IMG/VR virus record: IMGVR_UViG_3300012928_000006
Location: 1-59,310 of that record
From: a virus
Taxonomy: Duplodnaviria; Caudoviricetes
Length of the DNA: 59,310 nucleotides
Direction: 5' to 3' (one strand)
Shown here in pieces: positions 48,901 through 57,908 of the stretch. The translations under genes were made by a program, and so were the position numbers. The number at the start of each line of letters is the position of its first letter. Positions within the stretch are counted from its first letter, which is position 1. The notes beneath the pieces are model-generated. The model saw nothing but the letters and a program-made list of their open reading frames with translations. It searched no databases and was not told the DNA's origin.

Positions 48901-49225
48901 AAAGAAAATTGAAGCTGGGGTACAAACAGGTATTTCGTTATATATTATTGAACTTAATGAATTCCTTAATGAAACAGCACATTTGAATCTGTCATTAGAA
49001 ATAGAAGATGTTGGAAATATATCTATTAATGGCACTGGTATAAAAGAATCAGCAGAGACATTAGAAACTAATATTAAACTAGTAGAAGATGATTGGAAAC
49101 AATTACTAGCTGGTGAATTAACAATTATAGAACTTATTCAAGAACAAATGGCTTCTTACACTGGTGATATATTACAAGTAATCGAACTTAATCAATTATT
49201 TCATTATCGAGAAACACATCGATAA
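45926..49225 (+). CDS. Glycosyltransferase-like repeat protein with C-terminal tandem SCP2-like domains
   Basis: About 100-aa repeats, then FDIVFIS..VKGIHQAHIAAA..FWVVDGD..GYGGVKL..AWRSGFRE, then ADAEIIVD..L.GEVD..ELY.AGDL.VEGD. Confidence 0.6.
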   Translation: MRAIDRFEKFSKPLHNGQDQLKNLIFDRYPVLKIDDYCNLDKVYEQNFDSDYVWLVDKNIRVYDSFPWWFKPRAIDEVQIHEFPYVYKESRKVKSWDKVRLVPTKKVDTEPRQHIHICGEYDVYKGNDKFDAFYIGSNQEDIDKLSQKVPHLQTVENWYEAQAKSYTGMFWVVWEDIDVRDTFKFSYKPDEWSHDNVHVFGNGDIDTLDGVALFPKNYQITDKELEHRFYINKKEVRIMASTPKPYNKFPINSYKEYEYALEKSETDLFWGVPDDIEITDDNVFNFYIDHHNQALKNKNHVWLNNNKYNGLVLFSKNSIVSNKEIEYRFIADRIEHDSVVSKPKPFNVFSINNYKDYLDALDRTETQMFLGVPSDVIVNDFDINAYFYDADELDTGTTHLFLNGENFDGVVLFSKGNPVTEKEVEHRFYTNKKEHNIVVSNPRAYEKFVINNYNDYLSALKETKSDMFWGIPSDVDVCEDFDFDLYFSHHNKFDREINHVFLNNEFYDGVVLFSKKSLATEKEVEARFYVNKKEWKTVASNPKKYEKFTISNYDDYLRAREQSKTEMFYMIYDDIVVVDDFKFDLYITHHNQYERKINHVWKNGNFYDGIALTTKSILLTKHEIDYRFLAIKKEYEQVASVADGFDIVFISNGEANAEQNYQTLLKAYPNAKRVDKVKGIHQAHIAAAKLVNTKMFWVVDGDAEILEDFEFDHQIAHYDIDGYKTVFVWRSLNPVNDLIYGYGGVKLLPTQLTIDMDVETADMTTSISKNFKGINRMSNVTAFNTDAFSAWRSGFRECAKLASKAIDRQVDDETTFRLKAWCSRGFDKPFGAETIAGAYEGAKYGLAFKNNKDALRKINDFKWLNDKFKNTFDPDITEYNIDFLDESEEDLLIKFNPVAKSIFTQIEKKLGNNYKYSAGSVKMIIDNVGEIYFDSKGVKISKAYADAEIIVDLKTALKALAGEVDTLELYKAGDLIVEGDVELAQDFFADLRKKIEAGVQTGISLYIIELNEFLNETAHLNLSLEIEDVGNISINGTGIKESAETLETNIKLVEDDWKQLLAGELTIIELIQEQMASYTGDILQVIELNQLFHYRETHR

Positions 49226-49640
49226 GTTTTATTGTAGTTTCTAATTTTGTTGCATTTGTCTTTTTACGCAAAGTATTAGCAAGTCCGTTATGTAATGGCT
49301 TTGGCCATTTACCAAAACTTACCCAAGCATAGCCATCGTGTTCTCCGTTTAATGCAGGTATGAATTCATTTTTTACAACACAAAGGTAAGTATGAAAATA
49401 AAAATGTTGATCGTTTGATATAAAACTTTCTAAAGGCACAATTTTTTTAATATTTTGTACTTCGCCTATTTCTTCTTTTATTTCTCGTTGCAAAGCTTCC
49501 CAAGGAGATTCAGTGCTTTCGTTGGTACCCCCAACAAGTCCCCATTGGTTTTTTGTTTTACCTTGTGTTCTATGTAATAATAAAAAACGTTTAGTGCTTA
49601 AAGAATAGAATAATGCACCACTACAAATAATTTGGTTCAT
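49188..49640 (-). CDS. Nudix hydrolase
   Basis: WGLVGGTNESTESPWEALQREIKEEIG Nudix box; LNGEHDGYAW. Confidence 0.85.
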   Translation of the reverse strand: MNQIICSGALFYSLSTKRFLLLHRTQGKTKNQWGLVGGTNESTESPWEALQREIKEEIGEVQNIKKIVPLESFISNDQHFYFHTYLCVVKNEFIPALNGEHDGYAWVSFGKWPKPLHNGLANTLRKKTNATKLETTIKLIDVFLDNEIID

Positions 49641-49652
49641 ATAGTAATTATC

Positions 49653-51386
49653 TTAGATAATTAAATCCCAGGCGCCACTTGGATATAATCCGTCAACAGC
49701 AAATTGCCAATAGAATCCGTTATAATAAAATTGTTGACTAGTATTGAGATTTGTAATATAAACACTATCAGTAGCTTCGCTTGCATCAAATATTATATTC
49801 CATTGTGATCCATCCCACTCTACAATGTCGTGTGTATCAGCAATGAAATCTCTGCCTCCTGTGCTTTTCCACGCATCAGCACCATCTTCATTTATATACA
49901 ATACATAACGTAATTCTTCACCTGGATTAGGAGCATCTGCTAATCTTATTACAAGCGATCCGTCAATTGTTTCTTGCGTAGCTGCATCAGTCACTCTAAC
50001 GTTTTCAACAAATACATCAAAGTCATAAACTACATCTGCATCAACTTCTGTTTCTATTCTTGTTGTGCTACCTACAATGGTTTGTATTCTTTCTATAGCA
50101 CCACCAATTGGTTGTAACATTAGTAAACGTATTCCTGGTGCTTTTACTATATTAGGATTGAAATCTCTTGGATTAATAATATAATCTATGGTTCCTCTAT
50201 TTTGGTATCCATTTATTATTGTATCATTAGGCACTGTATCAATATCAAATGTTAATGCTATTTCTTGCGTATTATTGCCGTTAATTGCAAATGTTGCAAC
50301 TATAGGAGTAAGTAGTTCTCCTCTCTTCAAACGTATTTGACTTATACCTGGTTGATACTTAGCCGGCGCTTCTGCTTCTATAACATTGAACCAGTTTATA
50401 TCTCCTATACGTGCAGCATTTCTACCTAGTCTTGCAATATTGCCTTCTACAATAATATCAAAATTTCTATAACTTGCTGTGTTAACTTGTGAAAGATTAA
50501 CGTTTCCGTCCGGCGAAGTTTTAATAACTGTTGCACGAGTATCTTCCGGTTTGATTGGTGGATAAGTTATTTGCCCATTTTCATCAACTACTGCTGCTGG
50601 AGGTGAAGCAGGATCTTTTGTTATAACAGAACCGTCAGGCATTACAACTGTACCTGTTGCTGCTTTTGTAGTGTCACTTGTATCTGGATTGAAGCCTTCT
50701 AGTTCAATTGTTCCAGAATCAAAGTTCAACACACTGTTGATAATTTCTGTAATGACACCAAGTTTCTTGACTTTTGTTGGCGGTGAAATATATATAGGAG
50801 CAATAAAACTCAATGTTGCTACATCAATTTCTGATTCAGTTCCTGTAGGAATACTTCTGCTGCTAAAATTAATATTTTCAAGTTGTAACACAGTTAAACT
50901 TGTCCAGTCAACATAATTATCGTTTGTTTGAAATTCTAAATCTGGATTGAACATCATAAAAATTTGTTCTAGTATTTGTAATTTTTGCTCTGTATTTGTA
51001 CTCCAAATATCTACATTTACACTCAACGTGTATGGAGTTGGATGTAGTCTTTCTACAGTATATCCTGTGCCTTGTGTATTTTTGTATTCGTTAGCACTCT
51101 CGTCAAATTCTCTTTCTTTAACATTTATTTTACTTACGAAACTACTGTCACTTAGTCTTGCTCTATCCATTTGCATACTTGTCACATATACACTCATACG
51201 TGGAGCACTAGGCATTTTGTTTTCACTGTTTTCTTTGATTATGTTTGCAACTTGTCGTGTCAAATCGCCATACATTACTGGTACTTGGCGTAAATCTCCG
51301 TCACCATCTTTGTAACTAAAATTACTGAAAGCTCTAATAATTTGTGTTAGATATCTACGTATCTGCCCATCGTAAAAATATTGCAT
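49653..51386 (-). CDS. gp15: Tail terminator/sheath stabiliser, gp15-like, with a long C-terminal extension
   Basis: YFYDGQIRRYL.Q...VPVMYG, PRMS, PTPYTLSVNVDIW, QILEQI..FNP. Confidence 0.75.
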   Translation of the reverse strand: MQYFYDGQIRRYLTQIIRAFSNFSYKDGDGDLRQVPVMYGDLTRQVANIIKENSENKMPSAPRMSVYVTSMQMDRARLSDSSFVSKINVKEREFDESANEYKNTQGTGYTVERLHPTPYTLSVNVDIWSTNTEQKLQILEQIFMMFNPDLEFQTNDNYVDWTSLTVLQLENINFSSRSIPTGTESEIDVATLSFIAPIYISPPTKVKKLGVITEIINSVLNFDSGTIELEGFNPDTSDTTKAATGTVVMPDGSVITKDPASPPAAVVDENGQITYPPIKPEDTRATVIKTSPDGNVNLSQVNTASYRNFDIIVEGNIARLGRNAARIGDINWFNVIEAEAPAKYQPGISQIRLKRGELLTPIVATFAINGNNTQEIALTFDIDTVPNDTIINGYQNRGTIDYIINPRDFNPNIVKAPGIRLLMLQPIGGAIERIQTIVGSTTRIETEVDADVVYDFDVFVENVRVTDAATQETIDGSLVIRLADAPNPGEELRYVLYINEDGADAWKSTGGRDFIADTHDIVEWDGSQWNIIFDASEATDSVYITNLNTSQQFYYNGFYWQFAVDGLYPSGAWDLII

Positions 51387-52543
51387 CAGTTATCTGCCTT
51401 TGGTCTCAACGCTTTGCTTAATGATTGTCTTTCAACTACTTCTTCGCCAGCAATGTTATTTACAGTAGTGTTGTTTACAAATGTTCCTTTTAGAGTATTA
51501 CGCTGTAAATTAGGTGTAAGCGTAGTACGTACTTTATCTTCTACTTTACGCCAGCTGTTACCGTCATATCTAAATAAACGGTTAGGAACAAAATCTGTTC
51601 TTAAAAAATAATCACCTAGAGCTGAATCTGCTGGAAAGCCTGGGCCGCTGCCTAGTGGAGCACCATTTGGTGGCAATCCGTCACCTACTAAGTATCCAGG
51701 ATATCCTGACCTTGGCGGCATTTCCATAATCTGTGAAACGTCTACTTCTTGATCTACTAGATATGTTTCATCGACTGTTACTAAATTTACTTCACCATTA
51801 TCTAATACACTTATAGTATAAAAATGGCTTGTATCATATCCTGATGCTGGAGTGTTCTCTTCTGCTTGTGCAATAACAGCATTGTTGATTTGCATTTCTT
51901 TTTCATATGTTGACATTAATTCACGCAGCGTAGTGTTTGGATTTTCTTCATCACCTGCTGGTAAATCTAGTATGTCTTTATATTCTTGACTATCATAAAT
52001 TTGTTTTAGTTTTAATCTATACAAATGTGGATACCAAGTTTGTGAAAAACCTTCTGCTGCACGGTTTACATCTTCGACTACATAAAAACGTTTTAGTGCA
52101 ACACTAATATCGTTCAATGCATATTCATCATTTAGATGTGGAAGTTCAATTACATCTCCTGAAATAATTTTTCTTCCTAGTGTTTTTACGCTGTTATTAA
52201 GATGAATAGTCATAAACAAAGTATCATTGCTTAGGAATAAGCCAAACTGACTTAGATCAAAATCCTGATCCTGTACGTTATAATGTCCACGTAGTGTGTA
52301 AATATCCTCATCATATTTTCTATCTCTGTTTTCTAAAAACAAAAGATCTTGTATATTTGTAACATCTTGTTCAGCATATTGCGGCTGTTCTTTTGTAATA
52401 CCTTCACCTGTAGGATTTTTTGTACCAATATATTTGTGTATAAAAAGATCAGTACCACCTACAGTAAATTGTTCATAGATAATTTTGTCTAAAAAATCAT
52501 AATCGTGGCTTTTTTCTGGTCTGTATAAACTTAAACGTGGCAT
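51386..52543 (-). CDS. gp14: Neck protein gp14-like (true start probably 52543, MPRLSLY)
   Basis: DLSQFGLFL, GDVIELPHL, FYVVEDV; leaderless ATG 5 nt after TAAATA. Confidence 0.7.
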   Translation of the reverse strand: MPRLSLYRPEKSHDYDFLDKIIYEQFTVGGTDLFIHKYIGTKNPTGEGITKEQPQYAEQDVTNIQDLLFLENRDRKYDEDIYTLRGHYNVQDQDFDLSQFGLFLSNDTLFMTIHLNNSVKTLGRKIISGDVIELPHLNDEYALNDISVALKRFYVVEDVNRAAEGFSQTWYPHLYRLKLKQIYDSQEYKDILDLPAGDEENPNTTLRELMSTYEKEMQINNAVIAQAEENTPASGYDTSHFYTISVLDNGEVNLVTVDETYLVDQEVDVSQIMEMPPRSGYPGYLVGDGLPPNGAPLGSGPGFPADSALGDYFLRTDFVPNRLFRYDGNSWRKVEDKVRTTLTPNLQRNTLKGTFVNNTTVNNIAGEEVVERQSLSKALRPKADN

Positions 52544-52548
52544 AGTTA

Positions 52549-52564
52549 TATTTATGCATAAATA
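52549..52564. promoter_or_regulatory. Back-to-back late promoters forming the palindrome TATTTATGCATAAATA
   Basis: TAAATA on - (52549-52554) and on + (52559-52564), between divergent gp14 and gp13. Confidence 0.8.
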
Positions 52565-52581
52565 CTGTACGGAGAACTTCA

Positions 52582-53349
52582 ATGGCAGATAGCAATTTAG
52601 TAACACAAAAACAACAAGTATTTGATTATGTCAACGCAATGTTAGGCGGAGGTATGATTGATGTTGAGCTAGATCCAATGCATTACGAAACTGCATTAAC
52701 AAAAGCGTTTACAAAATACAGACAACGTAGTGAAAACGCAGTTGAAGAAAGCTACATTACAATTAAATTAGAAGAAAATGTAAACACTTATACTTTACCA
52801 CAAGAAGTTATTGAGGTAAGAAAAATATTTAGACGTAGTATAGGTAGTAGATTAGGTGGTAGTGCAGATGGAGGCAGTTTATTTGAACCATTTAACCTAG
52901 CATACACAAACACATATTTGTTAGCAGGTTCAGGTATTGGCGGACTTGCAACTTATGATTTCTTTGCACAGCAGCAAGAATTGGTAGGACGTATGTTTGG
53001 TAGTTTTATAGAGTTCAAATGGAATCCTGCAAGTAGTGTGCTAACAATTTTACAACGACCAAGAGCTGGTGAAGAAGTTATGCTTTTTGCATATAATTAT
53101 CGTCCTGATATGCAATTACTGAAAGACTATAAAGCCATACAATGGCTCAAAGATTACACACTAGCAAGTTGCAAATATATGTTAGGCGAAGCACGTAGTA
53201 AATTTTCAACTATTGCTGGACCAGGTGGTGGTACAACTCTTAACGGAGATACACTAAAGGCAGAAGCACAAGCCGAAATGGAAAAACTTGAAATGGATCT
53301 TGCAATGGCTGTTGCAGGTGGCACAGGTTATGGCTTTCTAATTGGCTAA
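52582..53349 (+). CDS. gp13: Neck protein gp13-like
   Basis: LGGGMIDVELD, WLKDYTLA..K..LGEARSKF...PGGGTTLNG..L..EA..E. Confidence 0.8.
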   Translation: MADSNLVTQKQQVFDYVNAMLGGGMIDVELDPMHYETALTKAFTKYRQRSENAVEESYITIKLEENVNTYTLPQEVIEVRKIFRRSIGSRLGGSADGGSLFEPFNLAYTNTYLLAGSGIGGLATYDFFAQQQELVGRMFGSFIEFKWNPASSVLTILQRPRAGEEVMLFAYNYRPDMQLLKDYKAIQWLKDYTLASCKYMLGEARSKFSTIAGPGGGTTLNGDTLKAEAQAEMEKLEMDLAMAVAGGTGYGFLIG

Positions 53350-54151
53350 CATAAAAAAAGTTGTTGCAGGTGGATGTAGTTTTACAGCTGGAGCAGAATT
53401 AGCAGATCAAGTTAAACTTAAAAAATCAATAGGATGTATAAGATATACAACTGAATCTGCTTGGGTAAACTGGGTTCAGAAAAAATTATATCCAGATGCA
53501 ACAGTAGATAACGTAGCAATGCCAGGAAGTGATTATGGTAGCTGTGTCCGCAGAGTAATATATCATATAGATCATTTGCTAAAATCATATGATCCGCAAA
53601 ACATTGTAGTTTTGGTTATGTGGACAAGTTTTTTACGTAGAGAATATCCTCGTATTTTACAAAAAGATTCAATTCCATTTTATACTGATGACGAGGATAA
53701 ATTTTGGTGTTCGTTGCCATCAGATGCAGAAGGTTATCTTAACTGGAAATCTGAAACAGTAAAACAACGTAAAGATGTAATAAATGACGAACATCTCAAA
53801 AGAACAGTGCTAGATTTTTATAGGAAACGTGCTGATAATACAAACATAATATATTATCCTTTACAACAAATAGAATACTTGATAAGTTATTTAAATTTAC
53901 AAGGTGTAAAATTTTACTTTACAAGTGCTTTTGACGATTTCAACAGGTATGTAAATTACGAAAGAGAATCTAATATTTTTATAGATAGTATGGTAAAACG
54001 TTTGAATCTACATAAAATAATACACACAGAAGATAATTTAGGCTTTAATGATTGGTCAATAAAAAATGGATATAAATGTGGTCCACAATCTCATCCACTT
54101 GAAGCAGCACATAAATTTTGGGCAGATAAGTTTTGTAACTTTATAAATTAA
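53342..54151 (+). CDS. SGNH/GDSL-like hydrolase or acyltransferase
   Basis: GGCSFT.G (block I), N.A.PG, VMWT...RRE, C-terminal HP.E.AH..WA. Confidence 0.55.
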   Translation: MANIKKVVAGGCSFTAGAELADQVKLKKSIGCIRYTTESAWVNWVQKKLYPDATVDNVAMPGSDYGSCVRRVIYHIDHLLKSYDPQNIVVLVMWTSFLRREYPRILQKDSIPFYTDDEDKFWCSLPSDAEGYLNWKSETVKQRKDVINDEHLKRTVLDFYRKRADNTNIIYYPLQQIEYLISYLNLQGVKFYFTSAFDDFNRYVNYERESNIFIDSMVKRLNLHKIIHTEDNLGFNDWSIKNGYKCGPQSHPLEAAHKFWADKFCNFIN

Positions 54152-54423
54152 AGTTCGTTGTCGTGTACGTACAATTGAATCAAAGCATAATGTAAAATTT
54201 TCATTAAGTCTTTTCTAGCATCATCTTGTGTGCCTTTTTTGCCATACCTATTTGCATACTTGTCAACATTGCCCATACAAAATCCTGTGCCGTGTCCTCT
54301 ATCAATTATAACCTCAGTTGACTGAAACTTATTTGTAGAATAATGTCCGTCATACGTTTTATCAATGTACTTCGAAAATTCTTCAATATATTTGTTTTCG
54401 TCAAATTTATAGTTAATAGCCAT
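54148..54423 (-). CDS. DUF3310 / T7 gp1.7-like nucleotide kinase family protein
   Basis: TYDGHY...GFCMGNVDKYANRYGKKG...DLMKILHYA. Confidence 0.7.
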   Translation of the reverse strand: MAINYKFDENKYIEEFSKYIDKTYDGHYSTNKFQSTEVIIDRGHGTGFCMGNVDKYANRYGKKGTQDDARKDLMKILHYALIQLYVHDNEL

Positions 54424-54442
54424 ATGCATTCCTTTTTATTTT

Positions 54443-54471
54443 ATAATAGAGTAATTTTACAAAAAAGTCAA
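54443..54471 (-). promoter_or_regulatory. sigma70 promoter for the DUF3310 gene
   Basis: TTGACT, 17 nt, TATTAT on the minus strand. Confidence 0.65.
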
Positions 54472-54565
54472 TAGAAAAATGCGTGTATTACTTGTTTAAA
54501 ACCATCAAATTTCACCAAATCAGCTAAATAATAGTAATAAAGAATTGACCCATAGGAGAATTAAA

Positions 54566-57500
54566 ATGGCTTTAACATCACCAGGTGTACAGGTTAGCGT
54601 AATAGACGAGAGTTTCTACACTCCAGCTGAACCAGGTACAACACCTATCATCTTTGTAGCAACTGCTCAAGACAAACTAAATGGAGCAGGAACCGGTATT
54701 GCTCCAGGCACAACAGCAGCCAACGCTGGAAAAGTATTTTTGATGACATCTCAAAGAGATTTAGTAGAAACATTTGGAGATCCAGCTTTCTACACAGATT
54801 CAAACAATAATCCAATACACGGTGGAGAGCAAAATGAATACGGCTTACAAGCTGCATATTCATATCTAGGTGTAAGCAACAGAGCTTATATTGTTAGAGC
54901 TGGTGTAGACTTAGCAAACATATCAGCAAGTGCAACACCAACTACTGCAAATCCAGTAGACGGTACTTGGTGGTTTGATACACAAACATCATTGTTTGGT
55001 ATCCAAGAATGGAACTCAGCAGCAGTAACAACAACAGGTGGACAAACTTTTGCAAATAAAACACCTATTGTAATTACAGACAAAACACAACTTGTAGGCG
55101 GATCAGCAACAGGTGCACCAAAAGGGTCAGTTGGTGTAGTTGGTGATTATGCTGTGAGAGCTACAACCACAACATTAAAAACATATTACAAAAACAAAAG
55201 CGGAGCGTGGGTAGAAGTAGGTAGCGCTCTTTGGAAGAAGAGTTGGCCATCAGTAACAAGTACAGCCGGTGGAACAACTGGCACAGGTGAAACATTCACA
55301 GTAAATGGTACCACTGTTACTACATCAGGCACATCACTATCAACAATGGCGTCAGACATAACTGGTGCAAATGTTGCAGGTGTAAGTGCTAGTGTTATTG
55401 ATAATAAACTAGAAATTTATAACGATGGTTCAGGTCAAGATACTGTTGTACTTGCAGACGGCACAGGCACACCTTTAGCTGATGTAGGTATTACAGCAGG
55501 TACATATCACAACACTGCATTACAAATTGCACCACATACAAGTGTTCCAGAATACAAGTCAGGCGATACAAGTCCAAGACCATCAGGTAGCTTGTGGATT
55601 AAGACTACAGAACCAAATCTAGGTGCAAGCTGGAAAATACGTAGATGGAACGGCTCAACCGAAACTTGGGACCTATCATCTTCACCAATTTACACAGACA
55701 ATGCAACAGCAATTCAAAAACTAGATAATGCAGGCGGTGGTGCTAACTTAGCAACTAACGCAGTTTATATCAAGTATAACGCTGCAAACGATACACCAGA
55801 ACTAGCATCTTACTATGTATATTACAGAGCTAGTGCAGGTGCAACAAGTGTAATTTCTAACAAAGTTACAGCAACTACATTCAGCTCAGGTCCATTAACA
55901 TTTACAGTAAGCGAGTCATTAAAAGGCAACGCAACAATGACAACACCTGTAACAGCATCATTTACAGCAACAGGTGCAGTAACAGACGCTGATTTAATGG
56001 CAGAAGCAGTTAACAACTTAGGATTAGTAAACGTTTCAGCAACTGTAGATAGTCAAAACAGAGTTACTATTTCACACAGACTAGGTGGAGAAGTAAACTT
56101 AGTTGACACAGACAATGCATTGACAGCAGCAGGTTTTGTACCAGGCACAACTGCTAACTTATATTGGCAGCCAGGAGAAGACGGCAGCAACCCAGAAAAA
56201 CTAACTGCATCATTATGGAAAGGCTTGATGTACACAGCAAGTGCAAATGCACCTACTGCATTAGCAGCAGACGGAGCATTATGGTACAGTAGTGTAATTG
56301 ACGAAATTGATATTATGATTCACGATGGTACTAAGTGGGCTGGTTATCTAAATGCTGATTCACCAGTTTACAATGCAACTCCATCACTAGCACCAAGTGC
56401 AGCAGGACCGATTGTAAGTGCATCAGAACCAGATAATTCAAGTCGTCCAGATGGTAACAACCTAGTAACTGGTGATATTTGGATTAGCACAGCTGATTTA
56501 GAAAACTTTCCAAAAATTTATGTGTACAATGCTGCATTGACAGGTAACAAGTGGGTGTTGTTAGATAACACAGATCAAACAACTGAAAACGGTGTACTAT
56601 TTGCAGATGCACGTTGGAGTACAAACGGAGGTACTGCTGCTTCACATCCAGAAGGTGACATTGCAGATCTTATTGCAAGTAACTTTGTAGATACAGATTG
56701 CCCAGATCCAGCACTATATCCAAAAGGTATGTTGCTATGGAATACACGTAAGAGCGGATTCAATGTTAAGAAATTTGTACGTAATTACGTAGATCTAGGC
56801 GGTGTAAATGTACGTATGGGTGAAGCAAGTATGGCAGATTACTATCCACATCGTTGGGTAACAGAATCAGCTAACAATGCAGATGGCTCAGGTGCATTTG
56901 GTAGAATTGCACAGCGTAAAGTTGTTGTACAAGCATTACAATCAATGATTAATAGCAATGACGATATCAGAGATGATGAGTCACGCATTTACAACTTGAT
57001 TGCAACACCAGGTTATCCAGAACTAATTGGTGAAATGATTAGCTTGAATGCAGATAGAGGACTAACAGCATTTGTAGTAGGTGACTCACCAATGCGTTTG
57101 ACACCAGATGCAACATCATTGAACAACTGGGCAACTAACCAAGCACTAGCACCAGAAGATAACGATGATGGACTAGTAACACGTGATGAATACTTAGGTG
57201 TTTACTATCCAAGCGGTTTCACAAGTGACAATGCAGGCAACAATGTAGTTGTTCCTCCAAGTCATATGGTACTACGTACAATGGCTCTAAACGATCAAGT
57301 TGCATTTCCTTGGTTTGCACCAGCAGGTACTAGACGTGGTGGCGTAAACAATGCAACAGCAACAGGTTTTATAAACGGCGAAGGCGAGTTTGTAAGTGTT
57401 GCATTGAACGAAGGTCAAAGAGATACACTGTATCAAAACAATGTAAACCCAATTACATTCCTAACAGGAGCAGGGCTAGTTGTATTTGGACAGAAAACTC

Positions 57501-57841
57501 GTGCAAGAGCTGCAAGTGCTTTGGATAGAGTAAACGTTGCAAGACTTACTGTTTACTTACGTAGTCAGCTTAATCAACTTGCAAAACCATACTTGTTTGA
57601 ACCAAATGATAAAATCACACGTGATGAAATCAAACAGCAAGTTGAAAGTTTAATGATTGAACTAGTTGGACTTAGAGCACTTTATGACTTCTTAGTAGTA
57701 TGTGATGAAACAAACAACACACCTGCTAGAATTGATAGAAATGAGCTATATGTAGATATTGCTGTAGAACCAGTAAAAGCAGTTGAATTTATCTACATTC
57801 CACTACGTTTGAAAAACACAGGAGAAATAGCAGGCTTATAA
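54566..57841 (+). CDS. gp18: Tail sheath protein (1091 aa, large insertion domains)
   Basis: MALTSPGVQVSVIDES, PWFAPAG.RRG, RDTLYQNNVNPI, VFGQKT..SALDRVNVARL, LFEPND, P.KAVEFI. Late promoter at 54525-54530; AGGAG RBS. Confidence 0.93.
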   Translation: MALTSPGVQVSVIDESFYTPAEPGTTPIIFVATAQDKLNGAGTGIAPGTTAANAGKVFLMTSQRDLVETFGDPAFYTDSNNNPIHGGEQNEYGLQAAYSYLGVSNRAYIVRAGVDLANISASATPTTANPVDGTWWFDTQTSLFGIQEWNSAAVTTTGGQTFANKTPIVITDKTQLVGGSATGAPKGSVGVVGDYAVRATTTTLKTYYKNKSGAWVEVGSALWKKSWPSVTSTAGGTTGTGETFTVNGTTVTTSGTSLSTMASDITGANVAGVSASVIDNKLEIYNDGSGQDTVVLADGTGTPLADVGITAGTYHNTALQIAPHTSVPEYKSGDTSPRPSGSLWIKTTEPNLGASWKIRRWNGSTETWDLSSSPIYTDNATAIQKLDNAGGGANLATNAVYIKYNAANDTPELASYYVYYRASAGATSVISNKVTATTFSSGPLTFTVSESLKGNATMTTPVTASFTATGAVTDADLMAEAVNNLGLVNVSATVDSQNRVTISHRLGGEVNLVDTDNALTAAGFVPGTTANLYWQPGEDGSNPEKLTASLWKGLMYTASANAPTALAADGALWYSSVIDEIDIMIHDGTKWAGYLNADSPVYNATPSLAPSAAGPIVSASEPDNSSRPDGNNLVTGDIWISTADLENFPKIYVYNAALTGNKWVLLDNTDQTTENGVLFADARWSTNGGTAASHPEGDIADLIASNFVDTDCPDPALYPKGMLLWNTRKSGFNVKKFVRNYVDLGGVNVRMGEASMADYYPHRWVTESANNADGSGAFGRIAQRKVVVQALQSMINSNDDIRDDESRIYNLIATPGYPELIGEMISLNADRGLTAFVVGDSPMRLTPDATSLNNWATNQALAPEDNDDGLVTRDEYLGVYYPSGFTSDNAGNNVVVPPSHMVLRTMALNDQVAFPWFAPAGTRRGGVNNATATGFINGEGEFVSVALNEGQRDTLYQNNVNPITFLTGAGLVVFGQKTRARAASALDRVNVARLTVYLRSQLNQLAKPYLFEPNDKITRDEIKQQVESLMIELVGLRALYDFLVVCDETNNTPARIDRNELYVDIAVEPVKAVEFIYIPLRLKNTGEIAGL

Positions 57842-57848
57842 TCATTAA

Positions 57849-57876
57849 GTAGGGTGTTATTGATTTAACATCCTAC
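57849..57876 (+). other. Intergenic hairpin between the sheath and tube genes
   Basis: GTAGGGTGTTA-TTGATT-TAACATCCTAC, followed by a late TAAATA at 57882-57887. Confidence 0.55.
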
Positions 57877-57908
57877 AATGATAAATACTTGTAGATAGGA
57901 GTTTATAT

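Noticed and set aside
52544-52606. N-terminal extension of the gp14 ORF given in the track (start 52606); similarly 54545 for the sheath and 12506 for the tape measure
   Set aside because: The extensions overlap promoters, RBSs or the gp13 start; downstream starts fit the promoter and SD spacing better.
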